Assembly: GCA_002269645.1 (NCBI GenBank)
Contig: NIVC01000048.1
Coordinates: 138,566-202,565, forward strand
DNA: 64,000 nucleotides
Direction of reading: 5' to 3'
Source: Macrostomum lignano
Lineage: Eukaryota
Each line of letters begins with the position of its first letter. Position 1 is the first letter of the stretch. The notes under the pieces are model-generated. The model searched no databases and was not told the origin of the DNA. It saw nothing but the letters and a program-made list of their open reading frames with translations. The position numbers were made by a program, and so were the translations under genes. Below, in pieces: positions 11,192 to 23,901 of the stretch.

Positions 11192-12732
11192 CGGGAGTAC
11201 GAGATCTGCAGGAAATCTGCTAGCCGAAGTTTGCTAGCGAGAAATTTGCTTGCCGAAATCTGCTAGCCGAAGTTTGCTAGCCGAAATCTGCTAGCCGAAG
11301 TTTGCTAGCCGAAATCTGCTAGCCGAAATCTGCTAGACGAAATCTGCTAGCCGAAGTTTGCTAGCGAGAAGTTTGCTAGCCGAAATCTGCTAGCCGAAAT
11401 CTGCTTGCCGAAATATGCTAGCTGAAATATGCTAGCCGAAATATGCTAGCCGAAATATGCTAGCCGAAATATGCTAGCCGAAATATGCTAGCCGAAATAT
11501 GCTAGCCGAAATGTGCTAGCCGAAATCTGCTAGCCGAAATATGCTAGCCGAAATCTGCTAGCCGAAATGTGCTAGCCGAAATATGCTAGCCGAAGTTTGC
11601 TAGCCGAAATCTGCTAGCCGAAATCTGCTAGCCGAAGTTTGCTAGCCGAAATCTGCTAGCAGGAAATTTGCTAGCTGCCTTGCTCTCGTAGCTGTTGCAT
11701 GTTATTTGCTGTGTTTTGATTCCGATTTGAGCTGCTTTGATTCGTACGAGTAAATATATAACTTATATACCATATACTGCCACTACCAGCCATTAAGACT
11801 GAAAGTTGTGTGTATAGATAAGTTTAAATTTAACTACCTGAACTACAGCTGCCTGTGCTACCTGAACTACGGCCTTACAGCTGATGATGCTAAAACATTA
11901 TCAAATGTCTACGAGTAAAATAGGACAAAAAATATAAATGATTTTGATGATTTCCAAGTGCAGTTTTAGCATGTACAGTACTTTAGCATACAGTAACACA
12001 CATGTTGGTGTACAGTATCTATTGCTAGATACATGTATGTCCAAGGTACAATTTACTATAGCTATATGTATTGTTAATGTATAGATATTTTCCATCGCTT
12101 ACGGCACTGTGTACAAGCAAAAACTCTATGCAGGTGTGGCCCACAAGCTCTTACCCTGTGATCATGGATGTAATATATTTTCTTTATTCAATAGCTTGTA
12201 TATGAACTTTTCAATCCACCTACGTTAAAACCTAAATCTTATTTTCTTTTTGTCTATGACGTCATCTACTGATTGCGTTTTAACACGTACATGTACGAGA
12301 ACCCACGGCGAAGGCTAGGCGGCAGATTAAGTCGTCCAGATTGGACAATAAAAAATGTCTCTAGCAAATTACAACTTCGTAAATTGCTGTTCGCCGGTTT
12401 TGGTTAGATTATCGCTAGCAGATTTCGGCTAGCAAAATCCTCGTTGCAAAATTCCTGCTAGCAAACTTCGGCTAGCAGATTTCGGCTAGCAGATTTCGGC
12501 TAGCGGATTTCGGCTAGCAGATTTCGGCTAGCAAACTTCGGCTAGCAGATTTCGGCTAGCACATTTCGGCTAGCACATTTCGGCTAGCACATTTCAGCTA
12601 GCAAACTTCGGCTAGCAGATTTCGGCTAGCACATTTCGGCTAGCAAACTTCGGCTAGCAGATTTCGGCAAGCAAATTTCTCGCTAGCAAACTTCGGCTAG
12701 CAGATTTCCTGCTAGCAAATTTCATAGACCCG
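11192..12732. mobile_element. Foldback-type non-autonomous DNA element whose long inverted arms are made of 14-bp tandem repeats
   Basis: Left arm (gctagccgaaatct)n 11205-11680; right arm is its reverse complement 12415-12720; CGGG...CCCG termini; 6-bp direct repeat aataat at 11186-11191 and 12733-12738; absent at the paralogous site ~3640. Confidence 0.85.
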
Positions 12733-13059
12733 AATAATCTCCACCAGTAAATTTTTATATTAGCATACTCAGGACAATGAATGTTGGTATATTTATTATG
12801 TACTACTCAAGAAAGTTTACCACTTGGCTAAGCTCAGAATGTCAAGTTGCGGGGCCAGGCGTGCGTTCAGACGGGACTGAGGACCTCAACAGTGACGTCT
12901 CAATGGCCTTCGACATGACAGCATCATGATATCGATATGGCCTGCAGCTACATCTGTGACGTACGCGGTTGCGGCACCCAAGATCCGAAAAGGAGGACTG
13001 AAGCATGAGGGGCGAACAAAACTTATCTCGTATGCCATAACGAAACGAGACGAGACGGA

Positions 13060-13630
13060 TCGTCCCTTGAACATGTTTGGACGTCCAACAGCCGCAAAGA
13101 ATCAACAAGAGAGCCGTGGTGATGAAACGGCTCATCGATTTTCTATCAATCTCTTGGAGGTCAGTACCGAGGATGGGCTGTCACCAATTGCTGCATTCGG
13201 TACAATCGCATCTTCGATGCAGGAGCTCAAGGCTACTAAGTTTACCTGAACCTGTCGCACAGATTTTCTGACATTGACTGGCTGTCAGAGAGAGCCATTT
13301 TGAGTCCCAGGAATGACGCAGCTAATAGTATCAACTCCCAGCTGCTCAATGAGCTGCCTGGCAATATCATCAGCTACTAGTCAATTGACACAACAATGAC
13401 TGGTGACAATGCTGTAGAGTTTCCTATGTATTGAGCTCTTAAGCTCTCTAGAGCCTCCTGGAACGCCATCGCACAACCTCCAGTTAAAAGTGGGTGCTAC
13501 TGCGCAATTTAAATGCCCCAAAGCTGTGTAACGGCACCAGGCTAATCGTCAAGCAACTCTTTCCGAATTTGATTGAGGCAAAAATTGGGACTGGATCCGG
13601 CAAAAGGCAATCTGTGTTTATTCCTTGTTT
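13060..13630 (+). mobile_element. Helitron PIF1 helicase relic (C-terminal part, disrupted)
   Basis: Translates to WLSERAILSPRNDAANSINSQLLNELPG, PPGTPSHNLQLKVGA and PKLCNGTRLIVKQLFPNLIEAKIGTGSGKRQSVFIP; shares anchors with 4417-4470 and 4995-5050. Confidence 0.88.
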
Positions 13631-14883
13631 ATTTACAAGGAATTAGATTTATCCTCAAGAACTGCCTAGACTTATAGACTTAGAGACTTAGATACGCATT
13701 AAACCCGGCCGGTCGATCGATCGATCCACTCAGCTTTAGATATAAGATTGTAGACTTATAATGAGACAAAGCCAAGGGCAGTAAATGAGGCAAGGCTGGA
13801 GAAAACTGAAGCAGGTATAAATATTGAGGCAGCCAAGACAATGGAATTCAGCAAACAAGCAGGGCCCACAGTAGAATGCAGCATCGCCGGAAAAAAACGC
13901 TACAGCAGCCACCATCCATTTCAAAGTAAAGAAGCTCAAAGGCGATGCAGCTGACAGGCGGAGAGTGGAGAATATTGAATGAGCCCGGTACGGACGCCGC
14001 TTCTATGGAGGCGTCCAAGACCGACGGCCAACCCCGAGGAGCGTAGCAACCGAGGGATGGACGCGCGGACCGGGCCGCACAAGAGGACAGTGAAGAACTC
14101 AGGACTGACTTCCCCCAAATACTCTGACTCAACCATAGTTAGAAACGGATGAGTCTAACCGCCCCACCCTCGCTGTAAGGCTGTTGAATGCTAATTGCAA
14201 GCGCTGTTTGTGAAAAACTTTCCGTTGTTAACCACGCGACATCCCACCCCATCGACGGCAGCTGGGGATGAACTTGTGGGTATTTTTAAAATAGATGGAA
14301 GTTCAGCCCCGAGAGGCACTTTTTCTTCCTTGCTTTTGGAGAACTTAATTCACAAAATAAATGCCTATCTGTTATTTGAGTTATCAAAAAAGATGAGACA
14401 ACGAAAAATATAATAGTCTACCGCCATCTCGGTTGTAAGGTCTCAAGAACACAGCAGAATCCGTTAGAACTAGAAGAGAGTCTTACATCAGCAACCCCCT
14501 ATGAGTCCAATTCAGTAATTTCCCCATGAGTCTTCACATCTCAGCTATCCCCCTGTAAGCCTTGAAATCTCCGAAATTATCCACAAGGCTCACCGGATTA
14601 TAGCAATCCCCCCCGAGACTTGACATCAAAGCAATTTACCCTATGAGTCGCATGACTTCTTAGCAATTCCCCAATGACTTTTTATGTTCGACAGGGTTAA
14701 GTTAGTTCTAAGTTGCTATGCAGTCTTATGCTCTGCTTCCAAACTGTGTTTTCCAAATTGTTGACACAATTAAACTCTGAGTCACAATTCAGCGCGTCAA
14801 CTGATGTTAAATAAAAAGGCTGTTGTGAAATCTTAATCAGGAAAAGAATTCAGTCAGTCAGGCTTTTTGTTTTGCATTCATTA

Positions 14884-17031
14884 TGATGTAACCGCCCTTG
14901 ATGACCGTCCGCTCCGCGGGGAGGAGAGCGTAAGACCATAGGGGGCAATTATGACCGTAGGCTGCCTATGACCGGGCAATGACCTGACGGACCTCCAGCA
15001 CCAGACTGTCCCACTTTGGTAGCGTTGTTGTGACCATGCAGAGGGCCAAGGACCCACATGGACCCCACCTGTAGCCAAGGTGCAATAATTGGTCACTCGG
15101 TCACAGTGTGACCGAATGGCTGCCACCACTCTATGTGACTGGCGCACCTGGATCTTACAACCAGACATTTCGAGGCTAGAGCCCCGTCTGGATTGGTTAC
15201 CAGGGGATTTAGGCTAACAGGTGGGACGCATGCAGCCGAGTTACAGGGACTCTGCTTGGGGCATATTTGGGAACTCTGGGATCAATCTGGAGCATTTCTC
15301 AGCAGGGGATCCTTTGTGGCTGTGAATGAGGCGGACTTGCGGCTTCAATTACTAAGAGTAGTGTGAGGTGAACATGTACTAGCTATAGTTTAGATTGCTC
15401 AGGGCGAAGGGACGCGTAAGTAGGGTGTTGCAACCTTTCTACTGCCATTCTGTTCCATGACTCGCTAATTACCTCTACTGCACGCACACGCGGACCCGCA
15501 GCACGCACTCACAGGCGGGCTTTGCACGGGGGAGGGCTATTAGCTTACCCAAATTTCCTTATGCTTTGCCACCCAAGGAGAAAGGCTCAGCAAGCCATGA
15601 GTGAAATGATAGTGAAGGTGTGAAAAATGAGGTGTTTAGTAATCGGTAACAATTAGACCCTTAGGCGAAATAATCAGGCAATTAGGCGGCTTAACTATTG
15701 AGTAAAATACAGCAAAGTACGGTACACAAATGGCTCAGTTCTTTAGTCAAGCAATGGAAAATAAGCAAACCCCCGATAAGCCAAGGCAATCAGAGTACAA
15801 ATTAGTACAGGAACTCACCGGCAGCCTCACAGAGAGAGAGCGTTGGAGTGACCTGGGGCGGCTGTAGACTGCGGACAGTGTAGCGGCGATGCGCTGAAGC
15901 GACGAGGCGCTGATGTGGCACAGGCGATGCTGAGGATTCTGGGTGGTGTCAGACCGCGGGCCGACAGGCGAGCTCGCTTGGGGAGCTAAAGGAACTTGGC
16001 GGTATCAGACCGCAGGCCGGCAGAGGTTCGTCCTATAGACGAACGGGGGTCAGACCGGCGTCTGACGGCAAGTCTGAGGATACGACGAGAAGGAATCCGG
16101 TAGGCTTGAAAACCTAACCTTACCTTCCGGGAGGGTTTTACCAAAAAAAAGAAAGCAAGAAAGACTTGTGGCTCTCACGCCGAAAATCGCTTCCTCAAAT
16201 AGTCCTCACGGTCGCCGCTCCGAGGTCGTTTCCATGACTCCCTCTCTCTGATTGGCTGCCGGGAAAATGACGTCAGAATGAGTCATGATGAGAAGCATGA
16301 GATCGGCATAGCAACATGAGAAATGGGACAATTGCGCAATCCAGAGGAGGGGTGGGGGGAAATGAGCACGGCGGGGGCTCGAAGAAGTGTTGCGCAAGCA
16401 AGCATTGAGAACAATGGGATCCAGATCGAGAACAAAGGAAATGGAAATCGGGGATAATTGGGAAGAACCGAGAACAATAGAAAAGTAAACATTGGAGAAA
16501 AGGTGCTAATTGGGTGCGAACAGGAAAACAAAAGAACTAGAAAATCTGGGAAAATGTGATAGTTAAGCAATATAAAGGTTATTGATAACAAAAGAATCAA
16601 AAACGAGAACAATAGAAGTGGAGGAGGGGTGGGTGTCACATGAGAAATCTTGAGAAGAGAACAATGGCCTGAGAAAAAGGTTGCGCAAGAGGGGGGATGA
16701 GTCATCGGGGTGAGGGAGGGGTCAGAAGCCTTGCATCACCGTTTGGGATTCTAAAAGGATATGGGGCGATGGTGAGCACAGGCAATACTGTAAGCACGGG
16801 GTGAGAAGGGGACAGCGCAAGAAAAACATGAGAAGTACATAATACTTTGGGTGGGGCGCATCAAAAATGGGGAAGGCAGAGCCGGCAGGGGATGCAACAG
16901 AGCGGGAGTCAGTTGGCCTGGTCAGGGACCCGGCCCAGTCTCTACAGCTCTGCCCGGTGGGTCTAAGGAGATCTGGGAGATTCCGAAAAAATTCCCCCAC
17001 CAGATCCTGCGACCAGAGCGTGGAAACATCA
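14884..17031 (-). mobile_element. 2.1-kb LTR-like insertion
   Basis: Termini TGATGTAACC and GGAAACATCA (6-bp perfect inverted repeat); absent from the paralogous 7620-7670; minus strand carries TGACTCA, TGACGTCA, CCAAT and GT donors; no TSD or ORF found. Confidence 0.4.
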
Positions 17032-17240
17032 ATCAGTCAAAACTTCGGCTTGACCTTTGCAATAAAGATGTTTTTAAAATATTTAATCCCCTTAGCATTG
17101 AAGAATTTCTAAGCCTCGACACTCGTCACTGAAAACTTTCTAATCGAACGGTACATTTATTATGAAAATCGGTTGAGCATTTCATTCTGAAATCAATCAT
17201 ATACCTATCGACAGACAATCCGTTTTTAGTATAGGGAACA
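17032..17240 (+). mobile_element. Dispersed repeat fragment, possibly a Helentron-associated (HINE/DINE-like) element
   Basis: Similar to 22060-22205 and 21765-21870 (cttgacctttgca...atttaatccc..tagcat; gaaaatcggt); the family assignment is inference from the aaaatcggt and acagac motifs. Confidence 0.4.
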
Positions 17241-18008
17241 AATTTTAGTATATTTTTACAAGTTTTGTAGAGGACATTCAATCGTATGCAGTAAAGTGTT
17301 GTGCGAATTCTTTTTAACAAATTTATCTAGGAAAATTAGATGCACTCATACATTGATTTGAGCAATCTTTGACCCGCGAAGCCACTTGGCGGTGATGCGA
17401 ACCGGCCTTAGCACGGATCGCTTCTCAGAAATGATCCATTGAGTAAATTATGTTGCTTTGCGTTGTAGAAAAACTCCAAACTACGAAAGAATGATGACAA
17501 GTAACTTTCGATGAAAACTGTTTATGCTTCAGAGTATAACTGATGCCAACTATATTTAAGTAGCTCAAACAGATTTTAAATAAAAAACAAACTGCAGTTT
17601 CGTTTATTGCAGAGAAGGTTTGCTTAAAAATCGAAGTAAAAGCTTGGCTAATGAACAAGCTGCAAATTCCAAAAAACTTGATTTGATAAAACCAACAGAC
17701 AGAGATCGACAGGACACACTACAATAGAGCTCTTTTAAACATCTCTCTTCCAGCATTTATTGATTATTATTCGGCCCTTCTATTGGAATTTTTCTGAATA
17801 CATTGCGTCAGTTTTTATTGAGAAATTTATAAAAAATCTGTGTACTGTAAGCTGGGATGTTTGAATTATTACATGTAGTTATATAATAAATTTTGGACAC
17901 TTACACACGGTTATTGACGGTCACTTTGATAGCCTCAGTAAAATATTTTTGTGATTAAATCTGTCCATCCGGTTCCTCTTGTCTGGCGGTGCCTGCAGTT
18001 TCCCATAA

Positions 18009-18302
18009 TCAGTTAAAAGGCGACAGGCACTCGCACAGAACATTGGAAACAGCACCGTTCGTGTCGCTGATTTCATTAATACCCAATAGACCCTCGAATC
18101 TTCCAATTAAATTATCTTTGTCATCGTACGCTCGTAATTATTCGGCTGGCCAGTGGCCCAAAAAGCGGCATCAACGCTGATGTTGCAGCCGACCCAGTAC
18201 CAGCCGCCCAGAGGCTCCGCACTGCCTGTTGGCTGGCGGCCTCCGAGCCAGATCGATTGTCCAGAGCTGTAGTTTGAGTAGATGGAGTCCACGTGGCTCA
18301 TC
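18009..18302 (-). pseudogene. 5'-deleted, frameshifted PAN-CTLD lectin copy 2
   Basis: MSHVDSIYSNYSSGQSIWLGG...WYWVGCN...FWATGQPNNY, then a frameshift, then GINEISDTNGAVSNVLCECLSPFN*; the sequence jumps from mid-CDS directly to upstream-region homology (gtccgggtttgggcacgag at ~18350). Confidence 0.9.
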
Positions 18303-19094
18303 TAAGAATTTCTTAGGCCTCAATAATGTCAAAAATGTCAAACCTCGTGTCCGGGTTTGGGCACGAGACGTGACTACTTAGAGGCAGAATGGGGTTGTTT
18401 TTAGGCAGATTTAACGCAAAAACCAAAATTATACTACTATTGTAAAAAGAAGTACATGTAAGTAGTATATGGAAACGATATCCTAAGCGTACTGAATTTC
18501 AGTATCTTCTTCACATGACCACCCAAATTGCGCGGAAATTTCGGTTCGTGCAATTTTCTTGCGTAAATTTCATGTAATTGCAATTATCTTGAGGCAAAGC
18601 GTAAGAATTGCAATTTTCTTGCAAGGAAAATTGCAATTCTCGCAATAGCTAATGTTCTTCTTACACTACTTATTTAGTAGAAATAACAGCATTTCAGCTA
18701 GCAGCTATTCCTACTCAGTAGAAATTGCTATTATTCCAGAGAAAAAAGGTTTTTGGAATACTTTTTGTCCGCAGGCACGTTCAGGTGATATGAGTTTCAA
18801 TTTTCAGGTAATTTAAGGTACAAACATCTAAATCATATACCATGAATTGCTGGAAGAACATATAATAAAAGCGAAATCTGATAAGTTTTTCTAAAAGTTT
18901 TTTTTGTAAAACCAAAATTTGTAAAAGCTACAATATAGTTTATACGTTTTGAAATGCGCTTAAAATTATGACATGTATCTTTTGTTTTATGGTTTAAGCG
19001 AGTGAATTATTTTTTTAAAAAATTGCTTTTTTTCGTTTTCGATTTATGAAAAGTTCCGCTCATGTCAGCAGGTCATGAGCGGAACGATCCTGAA

Positions 19095-19450
19095 ATCCTC
19101 TATGAAAAGCAACAGATTGAAGAAGTCAATGAATTCAAATACCTGGGTATCATCTTTGAACCCAATAACAAATTTAAAAGATGCATTGCCTATGAGATCA
19201 AACAAAGTAATTCTGCAATGTTTTCACTGCTGCACAAAGTCAAAGACACCACGCTGGACATCATGCTCATCGGTAGACTATTCAACTCTCTGGTCCACCA
19301 GTTAATAACGTACGGTTGTGAAATCTGGGGACCTCTAGCAATTAACCTGTACTGATCTCAAGAGTCAAGACCATCGACAAAATCAAACAAATTTCTACAA
19401 ATACCTTCCTAACCTACCTCAAACCACTTGCAACTCTGTTATAGCTACCT
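19095..19450 (+). mobile_element. Non-LTR retrotransposon (LINE) RT C-terminal fragment
   Basis: EEVNEFKYLGIIF...LITYGCEIWG followed by QTNFYKYL.NLPQTTCNSVI, typical of the RT thumb region of CR1/L2/RTE-type LINEs. Confidence 0.75.
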
Positions 19451-20109
19451 GCTAGCTTTCATGTTATCCCCTTGTGCTACATCTCCTTTTTACATGTCCC
19501 TGCCTATTTTTATGTACAAATACCGATGCAATTGCTACTGCATTACGCGTCTATTCGTATACCGTAAATACTTTAATTTCTAACAATTAAAGCCTACCTA
19601 ACTCTTTGTTTTAAACGCAATATTTTTGGTTATTTCCTTTTTAAAAAATATCTTTCATTCTTAGAAGCCTAATAAAGTAATATTGCCAACAGTCTTTACA
19701 TTCGATGTTTGATATTGACTGATTAATACCTATATACCTATCTTAACCACCTAATAGATGAATTGCTCTCCACCAAGTTCATGCTGTACTTGTTTTATAA
19801 TTCTTTACCAAAATCTCTTTCGTTTCATTAGCCGTTAAAGTCCGTTCGAAGATTCGTAGAAAATTTTTAGCCACTCTTTCAAGAACTATATATATATTTT
19901 TTCAAAACTCGTACTTTTACTAAATTTACCCTTTACTGGCTTCTAGTTGAATTACTATTAAATACTGTTAAATACTGCTTTAAATAAAAATAATGCTTAA
20001 CTAGTAGATTAGCAATGGTTCACCAGCAGTTTTGCAAGATTAGTATCACTCCCTTCTAGATTAGTACCATTCCCACTTAGATTAGCACCACCCCGCCAAA
20101 TAGTACCAC

Positions 20110-20522
20110 TTCCACCCAGATTAGAAACCACTTCATAAGATTAGAAACCACTTCATAAGATTAGAAACCACTTCATAAGATTAGAAACCACTTCATAAGA
20201 TTAGAAACCACTTCATAAGATTAGAAACCACTTCATAAGATTAGAAACCACTTCATAAGATTAGAAACCACTTCATAAGATTAGAAACCACTTCATAAGA
20301 TTAGAAACCACTTCATAAGATTAGAAACCACTTCATAAGATTAAGAAACCACTTCATAAGATTAGAAACCACTTCATAAGATTAGAAACCACTTCATAAG
20401 ATTAAGAAACCACTTCATAAGATTAAGAAACCACTTCATAAGATTAGAAACCACTTCATAAGATTAAGAAACCACTTCATAAGATTAAGAAACCACTTCA
20501 TAAGATTTAGAAACCACTTCAT
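20110..20522. repeat. 20/21-bp minisatellite (gattagaaaccacttcataa)n
   Basis: About 20 tandem units. Confidence 0.97.
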
Positions 20523-21329
20523 GATACTCGTACTCTTTGCAAATCAACCCTTAATTAACTAATGATTAGTATCGCTGTGTAGAAAAAAACGTTGCCCCAG
20601 AAATGTATCATTAAAAAAAAATTTTAAAACTCTCTATGAAGCTGACTTTCTGCTTAGTCTATATGCCTGTTAATGTCTGCCAAAAACGCGGCTATTGTGC
20701 CTATTGAATGATGGTCGAAAACGGATTTATATTATGACTTTTCATTTTACGAGCGTGTAGGGGCAGCCAGCCGCGAGCAGTCAATTACCGGTAGAGTAGA
20801 ATACGCCCCTGTGCTCAAATTTTGTGGCGCAACGTACAGTCTGCCATTATCCCCCAAGCAGTCCGCAGTTATCTGACGCACCAGTTTGCAGCTATACGCT
20901 CATAAGTATGGAGAAACTACCTCAGCAGTTTGCAGTCTGTCCCCTGTGCAGTCTGCAATGATCCCTTCGACAATCTGCTGTTCCCCTCAGCAATCTGCAG
21001 TCATTCCATTTGCAATTAGCAACTGTTCCCTTAACAATTCTCATTTATTCCCTCATCAGTCTGCAGTTCTCGTCTCGACCGGCTCCTCAGGCTCCTCAGC
21101 AAACTGCAATTTTCCTTTTAACAATCTAAAAATTTTCGGTACATACAGGCAGTGGGATCACTAATACTCCAAGCAGCTTTTTACAAATCAAATTTGTTTA
21201 GCGACTTGTGCCGAATAGACAAAAATAGTTCATTTTTTAGTTCATTATTAAGTGTGCCTTGTTAGTTAAGCAAAAATGTTCCAAGTAGTCGATGCACAAG
21301 CTACAAAAAAATAAATTTAATTTTAACTG

Positions 21330-21410
21330 TCCGCTGTGAGGCAGACTTGAACCTGGGACCTTATATAGCCTAAACCTATTCCTAGTGCCTACAGTGCGGC
21401 TACTCCGCCT
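21330..21410 (-). mobile_element. tRNA-derived SINE head (Pol III A and B boxes)
   Basis: Minus strand reads TAGCCGCACTGTAGG (A-box-like) then GGTTCAAGTCT (B box, 21343-21353); no convincing cloverleaf. Confidence 0.5.
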
Positions 21411-21759
21411 ATTGATCGGGGGGCAACAAAATCAGCCATATATTCTTCAGAACTGCAGTTAAATACATAGCAGTGAGAGGCTGCTCAGTGTGTACAGGTT
21501 GTGTGCAGGCGGAGGGAGCCGATGCACAGTTGAGTGAAATCTATAAATAGCAATTTTCTATAGAGCCCGCCAGTCAGACAGCCAGGGTCAGAATGTGCAC
21601 ACGCAGCCACTGAGCATTTTCCTCTCCCTTGCACACAGCAGCAAGTATTGGGGCCTAAACAGTGAAGAGGGAAAAGTTGTGGCGCAATCATTTTTTAAAT
21701 TGGAATTCAGCCAGTCAAGAATTCAACCTGGTTTGGTCTCCCATTAAAAGCATTGGGAA

Positions 21760-22240
21760 AACTCGTTTTTTAAATATTTAATACCTTTAGCATTAAAGAA
21801 GTTTTAAATGGCTTTTTACCAGATAATTACAAAAATGTTTGCGAAAACGCCATCAAAATTGGTCAATCAGTTCAATCTCCAGAGCGTTACAGGAACACTC
21901 ACACAAAGTCAGTTCGTGTAAAAGTCATACGAAGCAGCTATGACATAATCAATTACTCAGGACTGTTTCACTTTGTTGTGATGCAATCTTTATCAGAATC
22001 AGAGTTTCAACCAGTCAGTTTTTTCTCTAGCATTCTCACAATGCATTTCAAGTCAAAAAGTCTGCTTGACCTTTGCAAAAAATCATGTTTTTCGAATATT
22101 TAATCCCCGTAGCATCGAGCAATTTCTTAGCCAAGACACATGTACCGTCACGGGAAAGTTTCTGATCGAATGGTGCAAGTTTGAAGAAAATCGGTCAAGG
22201 CAAGCGAACTCTGATATCTTCATGGACAAGCAAGCAATCA
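21760..22240 (+). mobile_element. Second copy (partly duplicated) of the dispersed repeat seen at 17032-17240
   Basis: ctgcttgacctttgcaaaaaatcatgtttttcgaatatttaatcccc and ggtgcaagtttgaagaaaatcggtcaag. Confidence 0.4.
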
Positions 22241-22994
22241 AGCAAATAAAGGTCTCTCTCGGCCTGGCTGTACAGCTGAAAACGGACACGGTATCCAAGC
22301 CACACTTTCCTTTGGCTTTCAGTGCAGCTGCTCTCCTTCCTCTCCCCGTCTCTTTCTCTTGTTTGAGCAGCTCTGAGCAATACACAATGCGGCTGAAAGT
22401 GTTACTCAGCCCTACAGGCAATGCCAACCACTCCACTGCCAGAGTGTACATTGCTGCAATAGAGAGAGAGCTTTAATAGTATGGAATGAATGAATGCCCA
22501 GACGTCCGTCTTCAGTGTACACTGGGGCAAGATTATAAGTACATGTACATGTACAAGTCATTAGGCTGGTGAATCAGTTACACTACAAGCAGGTTGAAAC
22601 TGGATTATTTTACCAACAGGATTTGGTGCACATTTAGTATTTTAGCTCGTAACTTAATTTGAATATTGAATATATCGTGCTTTTAAAAAAAGTTATTATT
22701 GCCAATAAACACCTAAGAATTACAAGTACATTGCAAGGCTTGCTTACAACAAGGACTGCTCAAGTAGAAGGACGGAAAACTGCGTTTTTGGAAACATTTA
22801 GGAGGCAGGTTTTACCGAAAAACCATTACGACAATACGGAGAATGGAGGTTAATTGACTGCAGCATAATGCCAGCGTGAAGTGCCGTTGGCCCTCCTTTG
22901 ATCCCCATAGTCCGAAGGAATTTTTCGTTGATTAATCGCTTCACGCAATAGTTTGAGTGACTGAACAATCAGCCTGTACTGCGTGAAAGTGAAG

Positions 22995-23585
<591 letters not shown>

Positions 23586-23901
23586 TAGAGATCAGATCCA
23601 CAGACAACATTATAATGGAGCCCTTTTAAACATATCTGTATTCGAGCAGTTATTAATTATTATTCGGCATTTCTATCAGGATGATCTTAAAGTCGAGCTG
23701 ATTTGCCTACCGTTTCAGATAGTTGCATTGAGAAATTTAACAGACTACTTTATACAGGAGATTTTTTCATGAATAGTTATTCACTTTTGGAAACTATTCA
23801 AAGTTATTGATAGTCACTTTCATAACGTTAGCAATGTAGTTTTAAGAATAAATTTCTTCATTCGACTCCTCTTGTCGGCTGGTATCTGCAGTTTCTCAGA
23901 A

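Noticed and set aside
18600-18645. Palindrome gaattgcaattttcttgcaaggaaaattgcaattc
   Set aside because: Arises from short local AT-rich repeats; no supporting context
20110-20522. Possible CRISPR array (also considered for the 21-33 bp arrays)
   Set aside because: Units are head-to-tail with no unique spacers, there are no cas genes, and the context is eukaryotic
21330-21410. Functional tRNA gene
   Set aside because: Has A and B boxes but no complete cloverleaf; treated as a SINE head
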